Shown: piece by piece, positions 1-7,494 of the stretch
How positions within the stretch are numbered: position 1 is the first letter of the stretch
Layout: every line of letters begins with the position of its first letter
Assembly (NCBI GenBank): GCA_943331295.2
Contig: CALQLA020000001.1
Location: forward strand, 64,629-128,628
DNA length: 64,000 bases
Reading direction: 5' to 3'
DNA from: Bordetella parapertussis
Lineage (GTDB): Bacteria; Pseudomonadota; Gammaproteobacteria; Burkholderiales; Casimicrobiaceae
Translations under genes and position numbers: made by a program
The notes under the pieces: model-generated
What the model saw: the letters and a program-made list of their open reading frames with translations, nothing else
What the model was told of the DNA's origin: nothing
Databases searched by the model: none

Positions 1-945
1 TGCGCGACGATCTCCAAGATCGCGTTGCCGGAACTGAAGCGGCGAGGCTATGACGAAGGACTCTCGATCGGCGCACTGTGCGCGGGCGGAACGCTCGGCA
101 TCCTGATCCCGCCGTCGGTGATCATGGTCATCTACGCGGTGGCTGCCGAGGTCTCGCTGATCAAGCTGTTCATCGCGGGCATCCTGCCCGGCATCGCGCT
201 GATGCTGCTGTTCTCGGGGTTCATTGTCGTCTGGTCGCTGCTGAATCCCTCGAAGGTGCCCGATGGCAGCATCGACATGCCGTTCTCCGAGCGCTTCCGG
301 GCACTCGCCCACCTCGGTCCGGTCATTGCGCTGATGACGTTCATCTTCGGCGCGCTGTTCGCTGGCTGGGTCACGGCCACCGAGTGCGCCGCATGGGGTG
401 TCCTCGGCGCGATCCTGGTCGCCATTCACTCGGGCACGTTCAACTGGGCGTCGTTCAAGGAGAGCGTCCGCGCGGCAGTGCGCACCAGCGTCATGATCAT
501 CATCCTCGTGGCCGCCGCCGGGGTGATGTCGTCGTTCATGGCCGTCGCCGGCATTCCCAAGGCCGTCGCGGGGGCCATCGGCGCGCTGCAACTTGCCCCG
601 CTTGCCCTCATTGCGCTGCTCGTCGTGGTCTATACCGTGCTCGGCATGTTCCTGGACGGGGTCTCCATGGTTCTGCTGACGCTGCCCGTCGCGCTGCCGA
701 TGGTCACTGGAGCGGGGTTCGATCCGATCTGGTTCGGCGTGTTCCTCGTCGTCGTCATCGAGATGGGCGCGATCTCGCCACCGGTCGGGTTCAACCTGTT
801 CGTGCTGCAGAACATGACCGGCCGAAACGTGTTCACGCTGGGCTGGATGTCGCTGCCGTTCTTCCTGCTCATGATCCTGCTGATCGCGATCATCGCGGTA
901 TGGCCGCAACTCGTCATGGTGCTGCCCGGCCTCTATTCGAATTGA
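1..945 (+). CDS. dctM: TRAP transporter large permease (DctM family), C-terminal part; 5' end outside window
   Basis: Frame 1 is open from base 1 to the stop at 943-945. Polytopic hydrophobic protein with DctM-like stretches (LPELKRRGYDEGLSIGALCAGGTLGILIPPS, ISPPVGFNLFV). Confidence 0.8.
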   Translation, partial: CATISKIALPELKRRGYDEGLSIGALCAGGTLGILIPPSVIMVIYAVAAEVSLIKLFIAGILPGIALMLLFSGFIVVWSLLNPSKVPDGSIDMPFSERFRALAHLGPVIALMTFIFGALFAGWVTATECAAWGVLGAILVAIHSGTFNWASFKESVRAAVRTSVMIIILVAAAGVMSSFMAVAGIPKAVAGAIGALQLAPLALIALLVVVYTVLGMFLDGVSMVLLTLPVALPMVTGAGFDPIWFGVFLVVVIEMGAISPPVGFNLFVLQNMTGRNVFTLGWMSLPFFLLMILLIAIIAVWPQLVMVLPGLYSN

Positions 946-1174
946 ACGCAACCCGGGGCCGACGGCATCCACGCCGTCCCGGCAGGCGCAAAGGCGATCC
1001 CGCACGCCGGTGGAATAACTGTTGCGCGGGCCTGTTCTCCCAATCGGCTTGCGCCGGCGCCCGGTTTCCGTTTCAATGGCGGCCGCGCACCTAGCTTGGC
1101 TTCGTCGCCTCCCGGCAGTCCGCGGGAAAACACCCTCTCACCCACGCATCCTGTTGCAATCCAAGGAGTTACCC

Positions 1175-1630
1175 ATGCAGAACATCATGAAATGCGGACT
1201 GGGATTCGCGCTCGCCGCGACCGTCGCCACGACGGTATTCGCGCAGGTTCCCGCCGACCGCGCCATCAAGTACCGGCAGGCCGCCTTCACCGTGATGGCC
1301 TGGAACATGGGCCCCATGGCCGCAATGGTCAAGGGCGAAAAGCCCTACGACAAGGACGAGTTCCTGAAACGCGCGATGAACGTCGAGCACGCGGCGACCA
1401 CCCCGTGGGAAGGCTTCGGCCCGGGCACCGACGCCGGCGCGCCGACCAAGGCGAAGCCGGAAATCTGGAAGGATGCGGCGAAGTTCAAGCAGTACCAGGA
1501 CGCGCTGCAGGCCGAAACGGTCAAGCTGGTCGCCGCGGCGAAAGTCGGCACGCTCGACGCCGTCAAGGGCCCGTTCGGCGCCGTCGGCAAGGCCTGCGGC
1601 ACCTGCCACGACGATTTCCGCGCCAAGTAA
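1175..1630 (+). CDS. cytochrome c' (class II c-type cytochrome), secreted
   Basis: ATG at 1175 preceded by AAGGAG (1163-1168). Signal peptide ends FAQ. A single CGTCH heme motif lies near the C-terminus (KACGTCHDDFRAK), which is typical of cytochrome c'. Confidence 0.8.
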   Translation: MQNIMKCGLGFALAATVATTVFAQVPADRAIKYRQAAFTVMAWNMGPMAAMVKGEKPYDKDEFLKRAMNVEHAATTPWEGFGPGTDAGAPTKAKPEIWKDAAKFKQYQDALQAETVKLVAAAKVGTLDAVKGPFGAVGKACGTCHDDFRAK

Positions 1631-1657
1631 TCACCGCGCCGGCTCCGGCCGTCGCCC

Positions 1658-1687
1658 GAAAAGCCAGGCCGAAGCCTGGCTTTTTTC
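1658..1687. terminator. bidirectional rho-independent terminator hairpin between convergent genes
   Basis: gAAAAGCCAGGCcgaaGCCTGGCTTTTTTc: GC-rich stem flanked by an A-run upstream and a T-run downstream, between the cytochrome c' (+) and cytochrome b (-) stops. Confidence 0.6.
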
Positions 1688-1730
1688 GTTTCCGGCACCG
1701 GCGGCGGCCGGGCCTCGCCCGCGTCGCCGG

Positions 1731-2441
1731 TCAGGGCTTCCTGACGATCCACCAGACGGCGAGCGCGGCCAGCGCCAGCAGCACCAACGCGCGCAGGGTG
1801 CGCGTCGGCCCCGCCGCCGCCTTCGCGTGCTCGACGGGCAGCACCTTCCGGCCGCGGACCATCGCCCGGACCAGGTTTTCCTTGAACACGACGAGGTGGA
1901 ACAGGACGGCGCCGATGTGCGTCGCCACCAGCGCCGCCAGCAGCCAGATGTTGAGCCGATGAAATGACGTGATGGCGTCCGACCGCTCCTTGGTGACGAG
2001 GCGCACCAGCGGCCCGTCGGTGGCGATGTCGTCGTTGGCGAAGAGCCCGGACGCCGCCTGCGCGAGCAGCACCAGCAGCAGCGCGATCACCGACCAGCCG
2101 CCGGCGGGGTTGTGCCCGACGTAAACCTCGTGCCGACGCGTGAGCACCGACCGCGCGTAAGCCAGCACGGTGCGCGGATGGCGGACAAAGCCGGAGAACC
2201 GCGCGTGCCGGTTGCCGGCGAAGCCCCACAGGATGCGGAACAGCACCAGCGCCAGGATCGCCTGGCCCGCGCGCATGTGCCACTCCATCGCGTTGCCGCC
2301 GATCTTCACCGTGACGACCGCCGCGACGATCAGCGCCACCAGCGCCCAGTGGAAAGCGCGTACCGGCCAGTCCCAGACGGCGACCGGAATCGTCGGAACG
2401 GCCCCGCCTTGGCCGGCGGATGCCGCTATGTTGTCAGTCAT
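1731..2441 (-). CDS. cytochrome b561 / Ni-hydrogenase-type b cytochrome family membrane protein
   Basis: Start taken at internal ATG 2441 (MTDNIAAS...). Four or more hydrophobic helices with conserved His positions (RAFHWALV, MEWHMRAG, GHNPAGGWS, ATHIGAVLFH). Confidence 0.75.
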   Translation of the reverse strand: MTDNIAASAGQGGAVPTIPVAVWDWPVRAFHWALVALIVAAVVTVKIGGNAMEWHMRAGQAILALVLFRILWGFAGNRHARFSGFVRHPRTVLAYARSVLTRRHEVYVGHNPAGGWSVIALLLVLLAQAASGLFANDDIATDGPLVRLVTKERSDAITSFHRLNIWLLAALVATHIGAVLFHLVVFKENLVRAMVRGRKVLPVEHAKAAAGPTRTLRALVLLALAALAVWWIVRKP

Positions 2442-2547
2442 CGTGTGACGCTCCAGGGCAAAGTCCGCAATATAGCGAACGCGACGCCTTTCGGACAGGC
2501 CGGCCGGCCCTCGCGTGACGCCGCCAGCCGCCGCGCAGGACGGGCGA

Positions 2548-3264
2548 ATGCTACGCTCGGCACCGTTTCCACCCCGCCGAAGCACCCCTCGCACCTTGCT
2601 CGCACCGAGAATCCGTTACGTCGAAATCGTAGCCCGCCATCCCGAGCTGCGCGATGCGTCCCGCCGCGTCCTGGAAATCGACGGCGGCGCGACGGGGCTC
2701 GCGGGTTACCTGCAACGCGCTGTCACCTGCGTCGACACGGCGGCTGCACAGCCCCCGGCCGTCGGGCGCGCGCCGGTCGTGGCCGCGGCGACCCGGCTGC
2801 CCTTCGCCGCCGCCGCCTTCGATGACGCGGTCTGGGCCGACGGGCTGCAGAGCCTGCCGTCTGCGAGCCGCGCGCCGGCGATTGCCGAGCTGATCCGCGT
2901 TGCCGGCCGGCGCGCGATCATCGCGCTGGCGGCCGGCGTCTTCGCGAAGTCGGCCGAGGCCGCTTGGGCGGAGGACCTCGCCCGTTCGCGGGCCGCGATT
3001 CCCGCCCCCTTGCAGGCGGCCCTGCGCCACGGCATTCCCGCCTTCGCCGACTCTCGCCGGGCGAGCGCGAGGGCGTCTGCAGCTCGCTGTTCGCCCTATG
3101 ACCGGGCGGCGGCGGGCACGAGCCGCAGGGTTGGCTGGCGGCGCGGCACGATTCATGCTAACGTCATAGGGTGTGGTTGCGGCGCAGGACATGCCGGCAC
3201 GACGCCGAACCGGCGCCACGACCGTTGTACCCACCCAAGGAGGCGCCCCCGCGCCGCGACCGGA
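2548..3264 (+). other. methyltransferase-like open frame with no stop codon of its own (possible gene remnant or N-terminal extension)
   Basis: Frame of ORF 2515..3855. The first ~170 codons resemble a class I SAM-methyltransferase core (VLEIDGGATG, LPFAAAAFDDAV, LIRVAGRRAII). The sequence then becomes Arg/Pro-rich low-complexity and runs in frame into the ATG at 3265. Confidence 0.25.
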
Positions 3265-3855
3265 ATGTACCCGATGCCCGTCCATCCCCTCCGGCTCCTG
3301 CGCCGCCTGGCGACGCTGGGGCTGGCAGCCGCATGCCTGTGCGCCGGCCAGGCCACGGCCACCACGGTGCTGCCGCTCGACCTCGACCAGATCGTCGCCG
3401 GTGCCGCCGAGATCGTCCATGTCCGCTGCCTCGCCAACGAGTCGGTGCCCGACACGACCGTCGGCGTCGCCACGCTCTCCACGTTCGTCGTCCTCGACCG
3501 CGCCAAGGGCAATGCGAACTCGACGCTGACGATCCGGCAGGCGGGCGGGGCGCTCGGCGGCGTCGTCGTCAATTACCGGGTGCCCAAGTTCACGCCGGGC
3601 GAGGAATACGTGCTGTTCATGCCGGTACCGTCCCGCGCCGGCCTTGCGTCCCCGGTGGGTCTGGCGCAGGGCGCGTTCAGCGTGCGCGCGAGCGCTGCGG
3701 GCAAGGATGTCGGCAACGGTCGCGACTTCGCCGAGCTCCTGCCCGGCAGCCGCGCCCCGGGCATCGCCGCGCCCGCCGCAGGGCCGGCCGCGAACAACCG
3801 AATGGCGCTGGGCGAATTCATGACGCTCGTCCGCGCCAGGGCGGGGAGCCGCTGA
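3265..3855 (+). CDS. secreted hypothetical protein (196 aa), translationally coupled to the downstream protease
   Basis: ATG 3265 is followed by a signal-peptide-like LRRLATLGLAAACLCAGQATA. Its stop overlaps the next start (ATGA at 3853-3857). No family recognised. Confidence 0.55.
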   Translation: MYPMPVHPLRLLRRLATLGLAAACLCAGQATATTVLPLDLDQIVAGAAEIVHVRCLANESVPDTTVGVATLSTFVVLDRAKGNANSTLTIRQAGGALGGVVVNYRVPKFTPGEEYVLFMPVPSRAGLASPVGLAQGAFSVRASAAGKDVGNGRDFAELLPGSRAPGIAAPAAGPAANNRMALGEFMTLVRARAGSR

Positions 3856-5795
3856 TGTCGTCGGCGCGCCGGGCCCGCGCGTTCCGCGTGTGCGCCCGCA
3901 TCGTGGCCGCGACGGCGTTCGCGCTGGCTGCCGGCCTGCCGGCACTTGCCGGCGGCCCGCTCGACGTCGTCAACCAGCAGCCGGTCGTCTACGCCAACGG
4001 CGGCACGTCGCTGACGCTCAATGTCGACCAGGGACCGCTCGGCAGCCGTACGAATGCGCAGGCGCGGGCGCTCATGCAGGCGGCGATCGGCCTGTGGAAC
4101 GGCGTCGGCACCTCGACGCTGCGGCTCGCCATCGGCACGCCGCTCCCGGTCGACTACACGTCCACCAACTACACGACGGTCCACGACAACTACACGGACG
4201 GCGTCAACCCGGTCATTTTCGATACCGACGGCTCGATCACCGACCTCATCTTCGGCGCGGGCGCCAAGGCGAGCGTCCTCGGGTTCGCCGGATCGGCGTA
4301 CTGGAACACGGGCCCGTCCGCCGGCAACTACATCGAAGGCGAGGCGGTGCTCAACGGCTCGATCAGCATTCCGGACGCGACGTGGACGGTTGTCTTCGCC
4401 CACGAGATCGGCCACTACTTCGGACTCGATCACGCGCAGCTCGACAGCTCGCAGGGGCTCGCCTCCGGCAACTACGTGCTGATGTATCCGATCGCCTACC
4501 GGTCGCTGCTGTCGCTGCACGAGGACGACGCCGCCGCCGTGACGGCGCTGTACCCCGCGGCGAGCGCGGCCACCGCCTACGGGCAGATTTCCGGCACGTT
4601 CACGACCGCCGGCGGAACGCCGATCCTCGGCGCCAACATCTGGGCGAAGGAAAGCACGACACTCAAGGTGTACAGCGTCGTTTCGGACTACCTGATGCAG
4701 GGCACCGGCTATTTCCGGCTCTACCTCCCGCCGGGCATCTATACGCTGCATGCCGAGTCGATCGATGCGCGCTTCACCAGCGGGTCAGGCGTCGGCCCCT
4801 ACTCGGGCACGAGCGCCGGCCTCTCGTTCCAGGCGCCGCACCCGATCACGCCGGTGGCGCTGGGGGCAAGCCAGCCACAAGCGGTCACCATCGTCGCCGG
4901 CTGCGCGGCGACCGCGACGTTCCGGCTGGACGGCACCGGCGGCGTCGGCGGCAACTGCTCGCAGCCAAGCCCGGCGGCGACCACGACGGCGCTGGCGTCG
5001 TCGGCAAACCCGGCCCTCGCCGGCGCCACAGTCCTGCTGACGGCCACGGTCACCGGCAACGCGCCGACCGGTACGGTGCGATTCGCCGAGGGCGCGACGG
5101 CGCTTGCCGGCTGCGCGACGGTCGCGCTTGCCGGCAGCGGCAACGTCCATACCGCCACCTGCTCCACCGGCAGCCTCGCGGCCGGCCCGCACAACCTCGT
5201 CGCGACCTATGGCGGCGACGCGGGCAACCTCGCGTCTGGCAGCACCACGCTGGCGCAGGCGATCAACACCACGCCGGCACCGGCGCTCACCGGCGCGGTT
5301 TCGCGCAAGGTTCACGGCGCCGCCGGGACCTTCGACCTGCCGTTGTCGCTGGCCTCCGGCAATCCGACCACGGAACCGCGAATCTCGCCGACGGTAACGG
5401 TCGTGGTCACGTTCGACCAGCCGGTTGCCAGCGCCGCCGTCGCACTGACCGAGGGCAGCGCGACGCTCGGCGGGGTCGTGGCGGCGGGAAACACCGCGAC
5501 CGTGACGCTCTCCAACGTGGCCAACGCCCAGTACCTGACGATTGGCCTGATCAACGTCACGGGCACGAGCGGAAACAGCGGCGGCACCGGCAGCGTGCGC
5601 ATCGGCTTCCTGGGCGGCGACATCAACGGCAACCGGAGCGTCACGCTGTCCGACCTGATGGCGGTCAACGGGATGCTCTCGCAGGACGTCGCGGCATCGA
5701 ACTACCGGATGGATGTCAACGCGAGCGGCACGATTTCACTCGCGGACAAGCTCGGCGTCGCGACCAACCTCACGCTCACGTTGCCGGCGCCATGA
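3855..5795 (+). CDS. secreted zinc metalloprotease, metzincin/matrixin-like (M10-like), with beta-sandwich/Ig-like repeats and a C-terminal dockerin-like module
   Basis: Signal peptide present. HEIGHYFGLDH at 4401-4433 fits HExxHxxGxxH, with a downstream Met-turn candidate (VLMYP). Ig-like repeat TVRFAEGATALAGC...ATYGGDAGN. Two dockerin-type Ca-loop repeats start at 5616 (GDINGNRSVTLSDL, DVNASGTISLADK). Confidence 0.8.
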   Translation: MSSARRARAFRVCARIVAATAFALAAGLPALAGGPLDVVNQQPVVYANGGTSLTLNVDQGPLGSRTNAQARALMQAAIGLWNGVGTSTLRLAIGTPLPVDYTSTNYTTVHDNYTDGVNPVIFDTDGSITDLIFGAGAKASVLGFAGSAYWNTGPSAGNYIEGEAVLNGSISIPDATWTVVFAHEIGHYFGLDHAQLDSSQGLASGNYVLMYPIAYRSLLSLHEDDAAAVTALYPAASAATAYGQISGTFTTAGGTPILGANIWAKESTTLKVYSVVSDYLMQGTGYFRLYLPPGIYTLHAESIDARFTSGSGVGPYSGTSAGLSFQAPHPITPVALGASQPQAVTIVAGCAATATFRLDGTGGVGGNCSQPSPAATTTALASSANPALAGATVLLTATVTGNAPTGTVRFAEGATALAGCATVALAGSGNVHTATCSTGSLAAGPHNLVATYGGDAGNLASGSTTLAQAINTTPAPALTGAVSRKVHGAAGTFDLPLSLASGNPTTEPRISPTVTVVVTFDQPVASAAVALTEGSATLGGVVAAGNTATVTLSNVANAQYLTIGLINVTGTSGNSGGTGSVRIGFLGGDINGNRSVTLSDLMAVNGMLSQDVAASNYRMDVNASGTISLADKLGVATNLTLTLPAP

Positions 5796-5805
5796 GACGA
5801 ATAGA

Positions 5806-5835
5806 TTGCAATAACAATGCTTTAAATCGTATAAT
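5806..5835 (+). promoter_or_regulatory. sigma70-type promoter candidate (TTGCAA-N18-TATAAT) in an AT-rich intergenic island
   Basis: -35 TTGCAA at 5806-5811 and -10 TATAAT at 5830-5835. It sits in the only strongly AT-rich stretch of this neighbourhood (5797-5850), about 110 nt upstream of the ATG at 5945. Confidence 0.45.
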
Positions 5836-5944
5836 TGATCTGAATTAAGAAGTCGCAGCCTGCGCAGTCAACGCCCGGGTGGGCATCGACGTTAGACGGG
5901 CGTATGCTGCACTGCAACACACAAGCTCAGCCTGGAGTCATCCG

Positions 5945-6385
5945 ATGAATGCACATCCCTATCCGGGGTTGGGCGGGGTCGGTGGCGCCGCCCCTTATCC
6001 CTGGGACGCGCTGATCGCTGCAATAGCACACCCCGTCTTTCGCCTCCCGCCAGACCCCCCCGCCTATCCCGGGCCCGCGACGCGGGCCACGGCCGCGTGG
6101 CAGGCCAACGCCGCGATCACCCAGCAGATCGTCGCGACGCATGCGTGGGCCGACCTTGCCCGCGAGCAGGCGCAGGCGCTGGCTGATGCCGGCGCGCGCA
6201 GCCTGCCCGGCGGCCCGTTGCGCGATGCCGTCCTCGCCACCGCCCGCTTTCAGGTGGCTTGGGCCGACACCCTGGCCGATGTCGCCAACCGTTTCGGCCA
6301 ACGCTACGGGCACCTCGCGTTCGCGTTTCCGCCCGATGCCGGCGGCGCGGCCCGTTCCGAAGCACTTCCTCAACCCCTGCAATAG
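5945..6385 (+). CDS. hypothetical protein (146 aa), Pro-rich N-terminus and Ala-rich helical C-terminal part
   Basis: ATG 5945 is preceded by GGAG. Codon composition is coherent with neighbours. No family recognised. Confidence 0.5.
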   Translation: MNAHPYPGLGGVGGAAPYPWDALIAAIAHPVFRLPPDPPAYPGPATRATAAWQANAAITQQIVATHAWADLAREQAQALADAGARSLPGGPLRDAVLATARFQVAWADTLADVANRFGQRYGHLAFAFPPDAGGAARSEALPQPLQ

Positions 6386-6398
6386 ACGGATTCGAATC

Positions 6399-6572
6399 AT
6401 GCTTCTCTTCAATCTCCTCGCCAACGCCCTGATATCGCTGGAAAACCGCGTCGAGCACGCGCAGCAGCACGAGCACGACGCCTACCTTGCGGCCGCCACC
6501 GACTGCGCCGACCTCGAGTGCCGCATCCGCGCCGCCGACCGCGCGGCGCCCTGGATTCCGCATTATGGTTGA
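6399..6572 (+). CDS. small hypothetical protein (57 aa), resembles DUF3563-type small proteins of Burkholderiales
   Basis: ATG 6399 lies 13 nt after the previous stop. The segment HDAYLAAATDCADLECRIRAADR resembles the remembered DUF3563 pattern (..AYLA...D..DLERR.R). Assignment is from memory only. Confidence 0.4.
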   Translation: MLLFNLLANALISLENRVEHAQQHEHDAYLAAATDCADLECRIRAADRAAPWIPHYG

Positions 6573-6743
6573 CCCCGTTCGGGCCGCCCCGGCGTTCATA
6601 GCCAGACGCCGCGCCGGTGCCGCCCTTCGACGGATCTGACGCGCCGGCATAGGCCGCCTGCGGCCGACCCGGCGCGGATGCCGACCGACCGGACGCGCCG
6701 GCGCCCTTATACTGTGCGCTGTTCCCCTGCGTCGAGGCCTGCC

Positions 6744-7457
6744 ATGCCGTCCCGTTTCTGGTTCCTGCTGCTGCTGTTGTCGCTGCCCTTCGCCGCCTTG
6801 GCGCAGACGAGCCAGCAGCCGTTCTTCAACGTCGTCGCACTCGAAGCAAGCGCCACTGCCGACGTCCCGACCGACACCCTGACGATCACGCTGTTCACCG
6901 AGGAACAGGGGCCGGACCCGGCCGAGTTGTCCACGCGGATCAATGCCCGGCTCGAGCAGGCGCTGGCGAAGGCCAAGGGGGATGCCGCGGTGCAGACCCG
7001 TTCGGGCAACTACCAGACCAACCCGGTCTACGACCGCGCCAACCAGATCAACGGATGGCGGATTCGTGCCGAACTGACGATGGAAAGCCGCGACTTCAAG
7101 GCTGCCAGCGCGCTCGCGGGGCGGTTGCAGCCCGCGATGAAGCTTTCGCAGATGATCTTTTCGCTGTCACGCGGCGCGCGCGAGAAGGCCGAAGCCGCGC
7201 TGCTGACCGAGGCCCTGACCAAGTACCAGGAAAAGGCCGGCGTGATCGCGAAGACATTGGGCTTCCCCGGCTTCACGCTCGGCCAGGTGGCCGTCCGCAG
7301 CGACGGGCCGGGGGTGTCGCCGGTCGCGTTCCGCGGTGCGCCGATGGCGATGGCGATGGCTGACGCCTCGCCGGCGCCACCGGTTCCGGCCGAAGGCGGC
7401 AAGAACGCCGTCACGGTCACGGTGTCCGGCACCGTCGTGCTCGGGCCCGGCCGCTAG
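6744..7457 (+). CDS. SIMPL/DUF541 family periplasmic protein
   Basis: Signal peptide (FLLLLLSLPFAALAQ). SIMPL-like pattern: LTITLFTEEQGPDPAEL...RLEQALAKAK, and C-terminal EGGKNAVTVTVSGTVVL. Confidence 0.75.
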   Translation: MPSRFWFLLLLLSLPFAALAQTSQQPFFNVVALEASATADVPTDTLTITLFTEEQGPDPAELSTRINARLEQALAKAKGDAAVQTRSGNYQTNPVYDRANQINGWRIRAELTMESRDFKAASALAGRLQPAMKLSQMIFSLSRGAREKAEAALLTEALTKYQEKAGVIAKTLGFPGFTLGQVAVRSDGPGVSPVAFRGAPMAMAMADASPAPPVPAEGGKNAVTVTVSGTVVLGPGR

Positions 7458-7494
7458 CCCGGCGTCGGCCCAGCCCACCCCGACCGGAGCCGAC

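Noticed and set aside
2515-3855. Treating the whole 446-aa ORF as one fusion protein (methyltransferase plus secreted domain).
   Set aside because: A signal peptide sits in the middle, at ATG 3265. The linker before it is Arg/Pro-rich junk-like sequence. An exported domain fused behind a cytoplasmic methyltransferase is implausible. I report it as a separate low-confidence frame instead.
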